Assembly (NCBI RefSeq): GCF_030028105.1
Contig: NC_092387.1
Coordinates: forward strand, 58,995,299 to 59,059,298
Reading direction: 5' to 3'
Origin: Mobula birostris
Taxonomy: Eukaryota
Length of the DNA stretch: 64,000 bases
The notes beneath the pieces were generated by a model. The model searched no databases and was not told the DNA's origin. It saw only the letters and a program-made list of their open reading frames with translations. Every line of letters begins with the position of its first letter. The first letter of the stretch is position 1. Of this stretch, positions 26,786 to 37,845 are shown piece by piece. The position numbers and the translations under genes are program-made.

Positions 26786-27582
26786 ACAGCATTCTGAGGT
26801 AGTTTGTTCAAAATAAAATAGAAGTCTCAGCCTGTAACATTTTACAATGTAATTTACTTTTTGAAGAGCATTATTGTTATGATTTTGGAAACATGACAGC
26901 CAATCTGCAAGATCCCAAAATATTGCAACACAAACCAGATCATCTGGTTTTTAAAAAATGCTGCTCAAGATAAATATTGCCATGATATGTTTTATATTCA
27001 CCGAAGGAAGTAATCTTAATTAATTTCTCATCTAGAAGCCAAGAACTCTAATGGAGCAATACGTTCCCCAGTTCTACACCACAAATGTCTAGCTGGATCT
27101 TAATACACAGAACTCTGGAGTAGAATTTTAACTTCCAGCTAGTCCCAAACATTTAAGGCCACAGATATCAATCACTGGTGACTTTATAGATCAGGTCTTT
27201 GAACTCTCCACCCATCCTTCATTGACTTGCTGAACTGCAAGCACAGTGACATACATTAATCAAAGCTATACTTTGCAGGTCAATGAAAACCCAGAATGCC
27301 TCAAAAATTGCTAAGACCTAACCAAACTTAGTAGACTCCCAGCTATTTCTGTTTTTTTTGGCGGGGGGGAGGGGAACTGCCCAAAATTATACTTTGAACT
27401 GCGCAGATTCAAAAGGAGAAGCTGGCTTTTTTGCTGCTGATTCATAGAGTCTGACAGGATAAGCTCCATCCCAATATGTAGATGTGCACAGATTCAAATT
27501 ATTGGTACCACGGGCATCTGTACACTATATATAAATGCCGCAAAAATTAGCTATTTGATGCAGCAAAACAGTACACTTCAAG

Positions 27583-27651
27583 GCCTGCTGCGTTCACCAG
27601 CAACTTTGATGTGTGTTGCTTGAATTTCCAGCATCTGTAGAATTCCTCGTG
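27583..27651 (+). mobile_element. 69-bp PLE terminal tail with 13-bp TSD
   Basis: agtacacttcaag at 27570-27582 and 27652-27664 flanks gcctgctgcgttcaccagc...aattcctcgtg. Confidence 0.8.
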
Positions 27652-28009
27652 AGTACACTTCAAGATGAGGACAAACACAAGTTAGAAACCCTAAACTGTA
27701 CACAATTTACAACGTGTGTAAAACAGCCATAACAACACTAGTGGAACACACATAAAAGACTGAAGGAGCCCAGGTCAGGCTGCATCTATAGACTGAAATG
27801 AACAATCCTCATTTCGGGCCAAGACACTTCATCAGGACACTAGCATAAGATTCTAAAAATATAAGGTAATGACTAAATAGACACTGTTCCAGGAGAGGTC
27901 AGTTATGATTATATACATATAAAGAAATATCCAAATGAAATGGGAATACAACTGAGTCTATTACCATACAAAAATGAAAGGATGTCTGCATTATTTTAGA
28001 TATTGAAAC

Positions 28010-28338
28010 TTTTCGTCCCTCTTCCCTCCGGGAGAAGGCTCAGGAGCTTGGAGACTCGTACGGCCAGATTTGGCAACAGCTTCTTCTCATCTGTGATAAG
28101 ACTGCTGAACGGATCCTGGCCCGGATCTGGGCCATACCCTCCAAATATCCGGACCTGCCTCTCGTCTTTTTTGCACTAACTTACTTTCTCTTTTTCTATT
28201 TTCTATTTATCAATTAAATTTTTAATATTTACTATTGTAATCCAGGGAGTGGGGAAGCGCAGAATCAAATATCGCTGTGATGATTGTACGTTCTAGCATT
28301 AATTGTTTGGCGACAATAAAGTATAAAATATAAAGTAT
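28010..28338 (+). mobile_element. Rex1/Babar-like LINE 3' end (same family as 26070-26785, opposite orientation)
   Basis: FVPLPSGRRLRSLETRTARFGNSFF...IRLLNGS, shared 3'UTR, (TATAAAG)n-like tail. Confidence 0.8.
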
Positions 28339-28770
28339 CACATTGTTAATAATATTGCATCTCCTGCTCCACCTGAGATAGAAGTGAAGCGATGGGGGGG
28401 AGAGGGGGTAATTAATGGAGTGCGGGGAAGAAGGAGTAATTAATGTATGGAAAGAGGGCGTAATTAATGGAATGAGAAAAGAGGGGGAGTGGGGCGGGAG
28501 TCGGGAGGCTTTGAGAGCTCGGGGTTGGAGAAGACACGGAAAGACAGTGGGTTCAGGTGAGAAGACAGATGGCGGTGGAGCGTGTGTGAGTGGAGGCTGC
28601 TCAAGACCAATTCATCAAAGGTGCAGCCACACTGACCTCTAAAATGACCAGTTCCATTTCCCCATGGAAAACATCCGCAGTCCCCTACCCGCGGAAATAC
28701 CTCGCTCCCGTTACCAGTGAGTGACAGTCACGGTTACTCTCAGTCTGACTGATTTTCACACTGCCCTCAC

Positions 28771-28786
28771 CTTTCACCGCCGCCAT
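28771..28786 (-). CDS. MPI: MPI coding exon 1 (MAAVK + first base of V codon)
   Basis: ATG GCG GCG GTG AAA G then GTGAGG donor. 16 nt, phase-compatible with exon 2; lies in a GC-rich promoter-like region. Confidence 0.88.
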
Positions 28787-28809
28787 GACTGCCTCCTCGC
28801 CCTCGGGCA

Positions 28810-28920
28810 GACAACCTTGTGCGTGTCAGGGCATCACCATGCATACGAACGTACGGTGCGTGCGGGTCATCACCATGCGTACCAATGTATCTTAATGCAT
28901 TCTGGGAATTGCAGTTTATA
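28810..28920 (-). promoter_or_regulatory. MPI proximal promoter with ZNF143/THAP11-type motif
   Basis: 28897-28915 reads ACTGCAATTCCCAGAATGC on the minus strand, one mismatch from the ACTACAATTCCCAGAATGC consensus. CCAAT at 28882. CpG-rich relative to flanks. Confidence 0.6.
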
Positions 28921-29108
28921 TTAAAGTATGGTTAACGTGTAAACGTGCAGGTAGCCCACACAGAATGCTGGAGGCACTCAGCAGACCAGGCATTTATGGA
29001 AAAGTCGACGTTTCAGCCGAGATCCTTCATAGAACTGAAGAGAAAAAAGCTGAGAAGTCAGAGTAAGAAGGTGGGGTGAGGGCAGGAAGAAATACAAGGT
29101 AGTAGGTC

Positions 29109-30062
29109 ACACACATCAAAGTTGCTGGTGAACGCAGTAGGTCAGGCAGCATCTCTAGGAAGAGGTACAGTCGACGTTTCAGGCCGAGACCCTTCATCAG
29201 GACTAACTGAAAGAAGAGTGAGTAAGAGATTTGAAAGTGGGAGGGGGAGGGGGAGATCCAAAATGATAGGAGAAGACAGGAGGGGGAGGGATGGAGCCAA
29301 GAGCTGGACAGTTGATTGGCAAAAGGGGATATGAGAGGATGATGAGACAGGAGGCCCAGGGAGAAAGACGAGGTGGGGGGGAACCAGAGGATGGGCAAGG
29401 GATATCGTCAGAGGGACAGAGGGTGAAAAAGGAGAGAGAGAGAAAGAATGTGTATATAAATAAGTAACGGATGGGGTACGAGGGGGAGGTGGGGCATTAG
29501 CGGAAGTTTGAGAAGTCATTGTTCATGCCATCAGGTTGGAGGCTACCCAGACGAAATATAAGGTGTTGTTCCTCCAACCTGAGTGTGGCTTCATCTTCAC
29601 AGTAGAGGAGGTCATGGATACAGATATCAGAATGGGAATGGGACGTGGAATTAAAATGTGTGGCCACTGGGAGATCCTGCTTTCTCTGGCAGACAGCGTA
29701 GGTGTTCAGCGAAACAATCTCCCAGTTTGCGTCGGGTCTTGCCAATATATAGAAAGCCATATCGGGAGCACCGGACGCAGTATATCACCCCAGCCGACTC
29801 ACAGGTGAAGTGTCGCCTCACCTGGAAGGACTGTCTGGGGCCCTGAATGGTGGTAAGAGTGGAAGTGTAAGGGCATGTGTAGCACTTGTTCCGCTTACAA
29901 GGATAAGTGCCAGGAGGGAGATCGGTGGGGAGGGATGGGGGGGACGAATGGGCAAGGGAGTCGCGTAGGGAGTGATCCCTGCAGAAAGCAGAGAGAGGGG
30001 GGAGAGAAAGATGTGCTTAGTGGTGGGATCCCGTTGGAGGTGGCGGAAGTTACAGAGAATAG
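29109..30062 (-). mobile_element. Penelope-like element 3' part: GIY-YIG endonuclease plus tail
   Basis: RHLQRDPTTKHIF...CKRNKCYTC...FTCESAGVIYCVRC...LYIGKTRRKL...DLPVATHFN...EEQHLIFRLGSLQPDGMN, then a pyrimidine-rich UTR and a hammerhead motif. Confidence 0.9.
29168..29205 (-). ncRNA. Minimal type I hammerhead ribozyme motif (PLE-associated), intact core
   Basis: Minus strand: TAGTC-CTGATGA-AGG(GTCTCGG)CCT-GAA-ACGT-C-GACTG. Stem I, core, stem II, loopless palindromic stem III, GUC cleavage triplet. Confidence 0.8.
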
Positions 30063-30214
30063 AGGAGGCCATGGACTGACATGTCAGACCCCAACATCTA
30101 CTGTACCCATTGCTCCCTGTGTGGCTTCCTGTACTGCTCAGGCAGCATCTATGAAAAGAGAAATAGAGATAAGGTTTCATATCCCGGACTCTTTTGTTTA
30201 TTTATTTACTAATA

Positions 30215-30472
30215 TACAACACAGAGTAGGACCTTCTGGCCCTTCGAGCCGCAGTGCCCAGCAATCTCCAATTTAATCCTAGCAGAATCTTAGGACAACA
30301 TACAAAGAACAATTAACCTACCAGCGGGTATGTCTTCGGAACGTGAGAAGAAATCGGAGCACCCGGACGAAACCCACATGGTCACAGGGAGAACGTACAA
30401 ACTCCTTACTGGCAGCAGCAGGCATTTTACCCAGGTCACTGGTACTGTAAAGCATTGTGCTACCATGCCGCC
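30215..30472 (-). mobile_element. V-SINE
   Basis: gggcggcatggtagc head and ggagtttgtacgttctccctgtgaccatgtgggtttcgtccgggtgctccg V-domain. Confidence 0.72.
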
Positions 30473-30714
30473 CAAATCTGTTATGTCGTAGTCTCACCCT
30501 GTTTCTCAGTCTACTCATGATGGTTCTTGCACCCTATTTGTCTACCTGCACAGCACTTTCTCTGTAGCACTATATTCTGCATTTTGTTTTCTTGTTTCCT
30601 ATCTCAATATAATTACAAATGGAGGGATCTCTCTGCATGGTACACAAAACAAAAGCTTTTCACTGTACCCTGGTGTATGCATCACCAGACAATCACCAAC
30701 AAGAGAAAATCCGA

Positions 30715-31100
30715 GCAACACACACAAAATGCTGGAGGAACTCAGCAGGCCAGGCAACTTCTATGGAAAAAAGTACAGTCGATGTTTCAGGCTGAACTAG
30801 GGAAAAAAAAGCTAAGGAGTAGATTTAAAAGGTAGGGTGTGGGGAGAGAACTTACAGGTGATAGATGAAACATGGAGGGGGAGGGATGAAATAAAGAGCT
30901 GGAAAGTCAATTGATGAAAGAGACAGAAAGCCATGGAAGAAATAAAAAGGGGGGGACAGAGCACCAGAGGGAGGCGATGGGCGGGCAAGGAGATGAGGTG
31001 AGAGAGGGAAAAGAATGGGAAATGGGGGGCATTACCAGAAGTTTGAGAAATCGATGTTCGTGCTATTAGGTTGGAGGCTACCCAAATGGAATATAAGGGG
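30715..31100 (-). mobile_element. PLE 3' fragment
   Basis: Homologous to 29109-29570 (LIFHLGSLQPN..NIDFSNFW and tail). Hammerhead core deleted. Confidence 0.75.
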
Positions 31101-31104
31101 ACCT

Positions 31105-32120
31105 TTCAGCGGGAAGCTGCAGCAAACAGGTCTCTGGCACTGAGTCTGGCTTTGTGTCTCAGAAGGGAAGGGGTGGGGGAGAAGAGGAGTGCAGTTATAA
31201 TCGGGGATTCCATAATTACAGAAGAAAAAAGCAGATTCTGCAGATGAGAAAGAGACACCCAGGTGGCATGTTGCCTCCCAGGTGCCAGAGTCAAGGATGC
31301 CTTAGGTCAGGTTGACAGCTTTGTATAGGGGGAGGGTGAACTGCTGGGAGTCGTGGTACTGTATATATTCATACCAATGACATAAGGAGGAAGTCATGAA
31401 GACAGAATATAGGGAGTTAGGCAGAATGCTGAAAAGCAAGACCTCCAGGGTAGTAATCTCTGGATTGCTGCCTATGCCATGTGCCATTGAGGGTAAGAAT
31501 AGGATGATCTGGCAGATGGCTGAAGCTGAAGGAATTGGTGCAGGGAGCTGGGTTTCAGATTTCTGGATCATTGGGATCCCTTCTGGCGAAGGTATGACCT
31601 GTACTAAAAGGTTAGTTACACACCTGAAGCTGGGGGGGGGGGGCGGGGACCAATATCCTGGCAGGGAGGTTTGCTGGAGCTGTTGGGGAGGGTTTAAACT
31701 ATTTTGACAGGGAGTGGGAACTGGAGAGACAGGGCTTAGAATGAAGCAGTTGCTATACAAATAGATGGAGGGTGTAGAGATTCTGTGAAGAAGAAGAGGC
31801 AGATGATAGGGCAAAATTGCAGCCAGTGGGATAAGTTAAAGTGTACCAGGGTGCCAAAATCAAAAAGGGTGATGAATGCAGAACCGAAGGTTTTATATTT
31901 GCATGCACTTAGTATATGGAACAATCTTCTAGCACAGTTAGAGACTGGCAGGTATGATGCTGTGAGCATCTCCAAGTCGTGGCTGAAAGATCGTAATTGG
32001 GAACTAAACATCCAAGGATACACCTTGTATTGAAAGGACAGGCAGATAGGCAGCAGAGACGGAATGGCTGTTGGTAAAATGACAAGCCATGGGATCATAA
32101 GATGTAGAATCTTTGTGGAT
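31105..32120 (+). mobile_element. CR1 5' fragment (ORF1 GDSL/SGNH esterase and ORF2 start)
   Basis: AVIIGDSII, CCLPGARVKD, EYRELGR...VVISGLLP, then LYLHALSI...WELNIQGY. Confidence 0.85.
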
Positions 32121-33306
32121 AGTCACCTTATTTACAGACACCCCTGTGCCTGGAATCACTTTATGGACATACAATCAATCTATGTACAGTATATAAGCTA
32201 TCTTATGTATTTATATTTATTGCATTGGTTATTGTGCTGCATCGGATCTGGAGCAACAATTATTTTGTTCTCCTTTACACATGAATACTGGAAATAACAT
32301 TAAACATCAAGCAGTGAAATAAAAAAGGAAACTTATGGAAATACTCAACAGCTAAGGGAAAGGAAAGCAGAGGATTTAGCCGGTAACTGGAAAAACAACT
32401 TTACGGTAGAGACCAGAATTGCTGTTTTGCCAAGAAATATCAAGAGATCTGCTCTCTGAAATGGATGTGAAGAAGAATTGGGCTCCTGGCCAATACCTAT
32501 TCCTCAATCAACATCAGTTTTAAAAAATGCAATCAGTAACATACTATCTGGGGGAGTGTGTTGTGCATGATATGGTCCAAACATCACTGAGAACTAAAAC
32601 AACAAAAATGGCAGAAACTCTACAAATCAGGCTGCATGGAAGGAGTGGGAAAATAAAGGAAATGCAAGGTCAATAGGGTTTCTCCTGAAACATTGGTTTT
32701 GTTTTGCTCTCCACAATTCTACCTGACTTACAGAGTATTTCTGGAATTTACCGCTTTTTGTTGCAGATTTCCAGAATTTGCATATTTTTGATTCAATATT
32801 ACAATGAATCTTATACTAGTTGTGTACGTATTGTTGCTTATCAATCAAATAAAAGATTATTGGTCATTTTCTCATTGCCATTGTCTGTTGTGCATAAGTG
32901 GGATGACATAGCAACGAAGGTAGATTTGGGATAAACACTTAGCAAATGAATGCGGGGTAAAGATTGCAAACTATTTCCCAAAGTTCCTTTATTACATCAG
33001 TCTTCCAACCGCTTAACAAATGATTGTTGGTCTTACTGTGAAATAATTGCTGCAGTATAGGTGAGAAATAGCTTGCTTTTTATTTTACAACCTGCAAACT
33101 GTTTCCCAAGTATCCGTCATTGCACCAGTCTTCCAACCACTTTGTAAATCTATCGATGAGAAATCGTGCAAGATAGTCGCTTTATCACATCGGACTGCCC
33201 AAAGGCCTGAAGGGCGCCGTTGGTTTGAGACTCCCGGCGACTAGCTGTCAAGTAGAGTCCTCCTGTCTTCCCTTCCCTCAACTCCAGTCCAGTACTAGGA
33301 ATAAAG

Positions 33307-33494
33307 TAGTAAACACGAGGAATTCTGCAGATGCTGCAAATTCAAGCAACACACATCAAAGTTGCTGGTGAACGCAGCAGACCAGGCAGCATCTCTAGGA
33401 AGACGCTTCAGGTGAGTTAGTCCTGATCGACTGTACCTCTTCCTAGAGATGCTGCCTGGCCGGCTGCGTTCACCAGCAACTTTGATGTGCGTTG
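33307..33494. mobile_element. Fold-back PLE-tail insert with 12-bp TSD in the SCAMP2 promoter
   Basis: ctaggaataaag at 33295-33306 and 33495-33506. Internal inverted arms of about 55 bp. Confidence 0.82.
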
Positions 33495-33506
33495 CTAGGA
33501 ATAAAG

Positions 33507-33990
33507 ACGCTCGCCGGCGTACAACGTCATCGCGGCGAGGCCCCGCCCTCTATTTGTGAGGTCACAGTCGGAGGCGGCTGGCAGCTGCGAGCTGGTTTTT
33601 ACGCGTGCGCACTCCTCAGACCCGGGCTGCTTGTCGGCACAAGGAAGTCAACTCGAGCAACTGGGGGGGTGGGGGGCAAGAAGAGTTGGCAAACTTTGAA
33701 AAGAGAATAATGTCGGAGTTCGACGCTAATCCGTTCGCGGATCCAGTGGAAATAAATCCCTTTCAGGTAAAAGAAACGGAGTGGGTTGGTGTTGGTGGTG
33801 GGGGAGTAAACAAACGTATATTCGGCCGGGCCCAGACGATGAGGCGAATTCCTGAGCGAAGCCTAACCTGGGGTGCTGATTGACGCGGCCCTGACCAATG
33901 GAAAAACAGTCAACGGCCCATTCTGCGGCTCTCCACACATGTAGGGGCGGGCTGAATCTGGACGGCTGATCAAGTTAGATTGGCGCTGCA
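33507..33990 (+). promoter_or_regulatory. SCAMP2 CpG-rich promoter / first-exon region
   Basis: CRE-like ACGTCA (~33523), GC box GGCCCCGCCC (33539-33548), ETS-like AGGAAGT (~33642). CCAAT boxes and a GC box at the start of intron 1 (33875-33985). Confidence 0.6.
33710..33766 (+). CDS. SCAMP2: SCAMP2 coding exon 1
   Basis: MSEFDANPFADPVEINPFQ (two NPF motifs) then CAG|GTAAAA donor. Closer to the SCAMP2 N-terminus than to SCAMP1, and divergent from MPI as in human. Confidence 0.93.
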
Positions 33991-34959
33991 CAGCTTTTGC
34001 CACTCGGATGAAAGTTCGTGGAAAAGTTACTGGGCGATGGGCTTTGTGCTCCCAGAGCCCTATTTGATATCATCAGGCAAATGTTCTTACATTAAAATGA
34101 GAGACCAAGTCTGGCAAGGGTTTTTAAACTGGGGCAGGAAACAGGTGCAGCTCATTCCTTTAGAAAGGTCAGTTTCAGAGTTTGAGGTAATGCCCACACC
34201 CATTCTAAAACGTCGTCACACATTGTGTTTTAAAAGCCCAGCCCTGATCTTGCTTAAAAATATCTTGAGTATCATTTGTCATTTTTATATGGGGTTTACA
34301 GCATTTGGGCATTCATTCAGAGAAAACAAACAGAAAATGCTGCGTTATTGTCTGATGAGAGGAATAAAGTTAGAACCGTTATTGTTCAATAGAACTGTAA
34401 CCATTGTGATGGAAGTTAATTGACCTGAAATATTAACTGCTTTCCACTCCATCCATACTTTCTGGTTCTTAAGATTTTAAGCATCTCAAGTTTTTCTGCT
34501 TTTCAACGATATTTTCAGCCCACTTTTAGTTCCACAGTTTCAAACCTTTTCAACATTTAAAAATATTTTTTCTAAAGATTTGAACTCTTTTTAATCTTTG
34601 CTAATCCTTCTGATCTTTCAAATCATCATCCTTGCAATTCTTAAGCCTTCTCCAATGTGCTTATTATGAGCCAAACTATGTGTTGTAATTCGGTCTAATC
34701 AATGCTGTTTTATCTCTTCAGCATTGTGATGTATAAATTCAAATACAATTTAGTGTGTGAACCAGTAACTCTGATTCCACGAAATGTTGTTGAAACAGTA
34801 TCACTGTTGGATCTGGTTTTGAAGAAGGCAAGAAAATAAAATTTTATCAATTCCGTTTTTGTGATAAAATTAAAGTTGCATTTTTCTGTGCCTATATCCC
34901 AGAGCCTTATTGCATGGTAATTGGTTCATTCCTGTTATGTTCCTGGTTTTGGTTTAAAG

Positions 34960-35640
34960 TTCAAAAGTTAAAAATAAGTTTTATTATCAAAATACATATA
35001 TGTCACCATATACGACCTGAGATTCATTTTCTTGCAAGCATAATTAGCAAATCTATAGAATGGTAAGTATAACAGGATCAACTAGAGTGCAGAAGGCAAC
35101 AAACTGCAAATCCAAATATGAATAAATAGCAATAAGTAACAAGAACATGAGATAAAAAGATGTAGTGTCCTTAAAATGAGATCATTGGTTGTGGGAACAT
35201 CTCGATGGATGAGCAAGTAAGTGCAGTTGTCCCCTTTGTTCAAGAGCCTGATGGTTGTCGGGTAGTAACTGTTTTGGAACCTGGTGGTGCAAGTTCTGAG
35301 GCTTTTATTCCTTCTACTTAATGGCAACAGTGAGAAAAGAGCATGGTGTGGGTTGTAGGCTCTCTAATGGTGAGGATCTCTGCTACTTGATGATGGATGC
35401 TGATTTGCTATGATGGCATTTTGCGTAGATGTGCTCAGTGTTTGGGAGGGCTTTACCTGTGATGTACTGGGCTGAATCCACTACCTTTTGTAGGATTTTC
35501 CGTTCAAAGGCATTAGTGTTTCCATACCAGGCCAGAATACAGCCAGTCAATACACTCTCCACTGCACATCTGTAGAAGTTGTTAATGTTTTCGTTATCAT
35601 GCCGAATCTCCACAATCTTCTATGGAAATAGAGGTGCTGC
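34960..35640 (-). mobile_element. Rex1/Babar-like LINE 3' fragment
   Basis: NFYRCAVESVLTGCILAWYGN...LQKVVDSAQYITG and RFQNSYYPTTIRLLN. Confidence 0.78.
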
Positions 35641-36566
35641 TTTTTAACCCTGAAGTGCGAGAGAGGAGTTGGTTTTTCTTTTGGAGTAAGGCATGCAAAA
35701 TGCTGGATGAACTCAGCTGGTCACAGAGCATCAGTGGAAAGGAATAGAGTTGATGTCTCGGGACAAGATCCTTCATCAGATGTCTGACCTGCTGACTTCC
35801 TCCAGCATTTTGAGTGTATTACGCTAAAAAAAAAATCAACTTCTCTCTCACTTCAGGGTTAGAATAAAATTGTAGATGTATTCCTTTGGATTTCCAGCAT
35901 CTGCAGAATTTCTTGTATTTTTAAATTTTTTTCCTCTGTTTTTGGCATCAGTGAGAGCAATTGCATATAAGGACCATAAGGTTTGTCAAGGGAATTGGAT
36001 TAAATTTGACCTTAAGCCACAAAGACCTATTAAGACTGAAGGGGAAAATGGCTTATGGAGGGAATTCCCGAGCGTAGATCTGAGGAAACTAAAACTGCGA
36101 TACCATGGTTAAATGATAATTCCTGGACCGGAGTACCATAAGGCCATAGAGCTGAATAAGCTGTTGAGGCAGGAGAAGGAGCCAGCATCATAGTTTTAAA
36201 ATTGACTTTCTGCCCAAACATGTACCACTGTAGGTCAACAATTCTGAGTGAAGAGCAAGTGTGACTTGGTGCAGATTAGGATGCAGGCACTGAAGTTTTT
36301 CGATGAATTTAAATTTGCTGTGTATTGAAGGAAAATAAGTGGCTGGTTAAATTTGAGGTATAAGACAGAGAAGCAGAATTATGCCATTCGATCCATTGAT
36401 GGTTCTGCTCTGTCATTCCATCATGGCTGATTTATTATCCCTCTCAACACCATTCTCCTGCCTTTTCGCCGTAACCTATGATGCCCTTACTAATCAAGAA
36501 CTTACTGACTTTTGCTTTAAATATACCCAATGACTTGGCCTCCACAGCTGTCTGTGGCAATTAATT

Positions 36567-36774
36567 AACACACATAAAAATTGCTGGTGAACGCAGCAGG
36601 CCGGGCAGCATCTGTAGGAAGAGGTACAGTCGATGTTTCGGGCCGAGACCCTTTGTCAGGTCTCGGCCCGAAATGTCGACTGTACCACTTCCTAAAGATG
36701 CTGCCTGGCCTGCTGCGTTCACCAGCAATTTTTATGTGTGTTGCTTGAAATTCCAGCATCTGCAGATTTCCTCG
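36567..36774. mobile_element. Fold-back PLE-tail insert with 14-bp TSD, nested in a CR1 3' fragment (36360-36897)
   Basis: tgtggcaattaatt at 36553-36566 and 36775-36788. Inverted arms of about 80 bp. Confidence 0.85.
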
Positions 36775-37689
36775 TGTGGCAATTAATTCCCCAGATTCGC
36801 CACCCTCTGGCTAAAGAAATTACTCCTCATCTCTGTTCTGAAAGGATGTCCCTCCATTCTGAGGCTGTGACCTTTGGTCTTGGACTTCTCCACTATGGGA
36901 CACAGTTTGGTCCTGGTCTGAACTCATAACATGTATTGCAGTATTGAAGAAAGCATAGTGACATTATTGAGATAATTATTCATCAAAATCAGAATTGAAT
37001 GCAGATAGGGCAGGCAAAAAAGAAAATAGGATGGTGAACAATTAGCAAAAAGCCTTTGCATCTGGAGCAGATCTATATTGTTCATTCAGTTTCCCCACTG
37101 AAACATTGAAATAATTGTCTGGATTTTTTTCCATTACTTCACTCCTCTGAATCTTGTGTATATGCTGAGAAATGCTTTTTTTTGGATTTAGTTACATATT
37201 TTCCAAAGATAAGTTTCCAGAGTGGCTATTCTTTTCCGTCGATAAATATGTGTGCATGTGTTAATGGATTTAAATTCTGGCAGTGTGTCTACAAAGTAGT
37301 TCAAGTTGCACATTTTTAATGGCTCTATATTTTAATGGTTTTCTGTCAAGATGAATTTTGGAGAAGTCTGTGAAATTTTGGTTTCCTTATTTCCAAGTTC
37401 AGCAAGCTATTAGTCGGATCTGATTCTGAGCAAGTTTGCCCAATTAAATTCTGTGATTTTTGTCAGTTTAATTCCAGATTTGATATTTTCTTTGTTGTGT
37501 TCTGCATTGGACTCTTTTTTTGCTTACAATATATCTTAGCATTTGCTGAAGACAAAGATTAACTTTACTTGTCACATGTACATCAAAACATACAATTAAG
37601 TGTGTCGTTTGTCCAGGGATTGTGCTGGGGGCAGCTGATAAGTGTTGCTGTGCTTCTGGCACCAACCCTAGCATGCCTACAACTTGTTA

Positions 37690-37845
37690 ACCCTAACCCA
37701 TCCGATTTTGGACTGTGGAAGGAAACTGGAGTACTTGGAGGAAACCCACGTCTTCCACAGGGAGAGCATCCAGTCCCCTTGCCAAGGAATTCCGACATTC
37801 CAAACTATAATGGCGTCACGCTAACTGCTGTGTTACCATGGCGCC
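37690..37845 (-). mobile_element. Decayed V-SINE
   Basis: gggcgccatggtaacacagcagttagc head and gtgggtttcctccaagtactccagtttccttccacagtcc V-domain. Confidence 0.6.

Noticed and set aside
33492-33709. Upstream ORF or N-terminal extension of SCAMP2
   Set aside because: Both ORF-track entries begin at TTG/GTG. The ATG at 33710 matches the conserved SCAMP start.
36626-36685. Active hammerheads at 36626-36685, 43470-43507, 24471-24510, 27810-27838, 7101-7130
   Set aside because: Core nucleotides are mutated or missing (CTGACAA, AAAA for GAAA, CTGCCGA, lost stem III, truncated core). Counted only as decayed family members.
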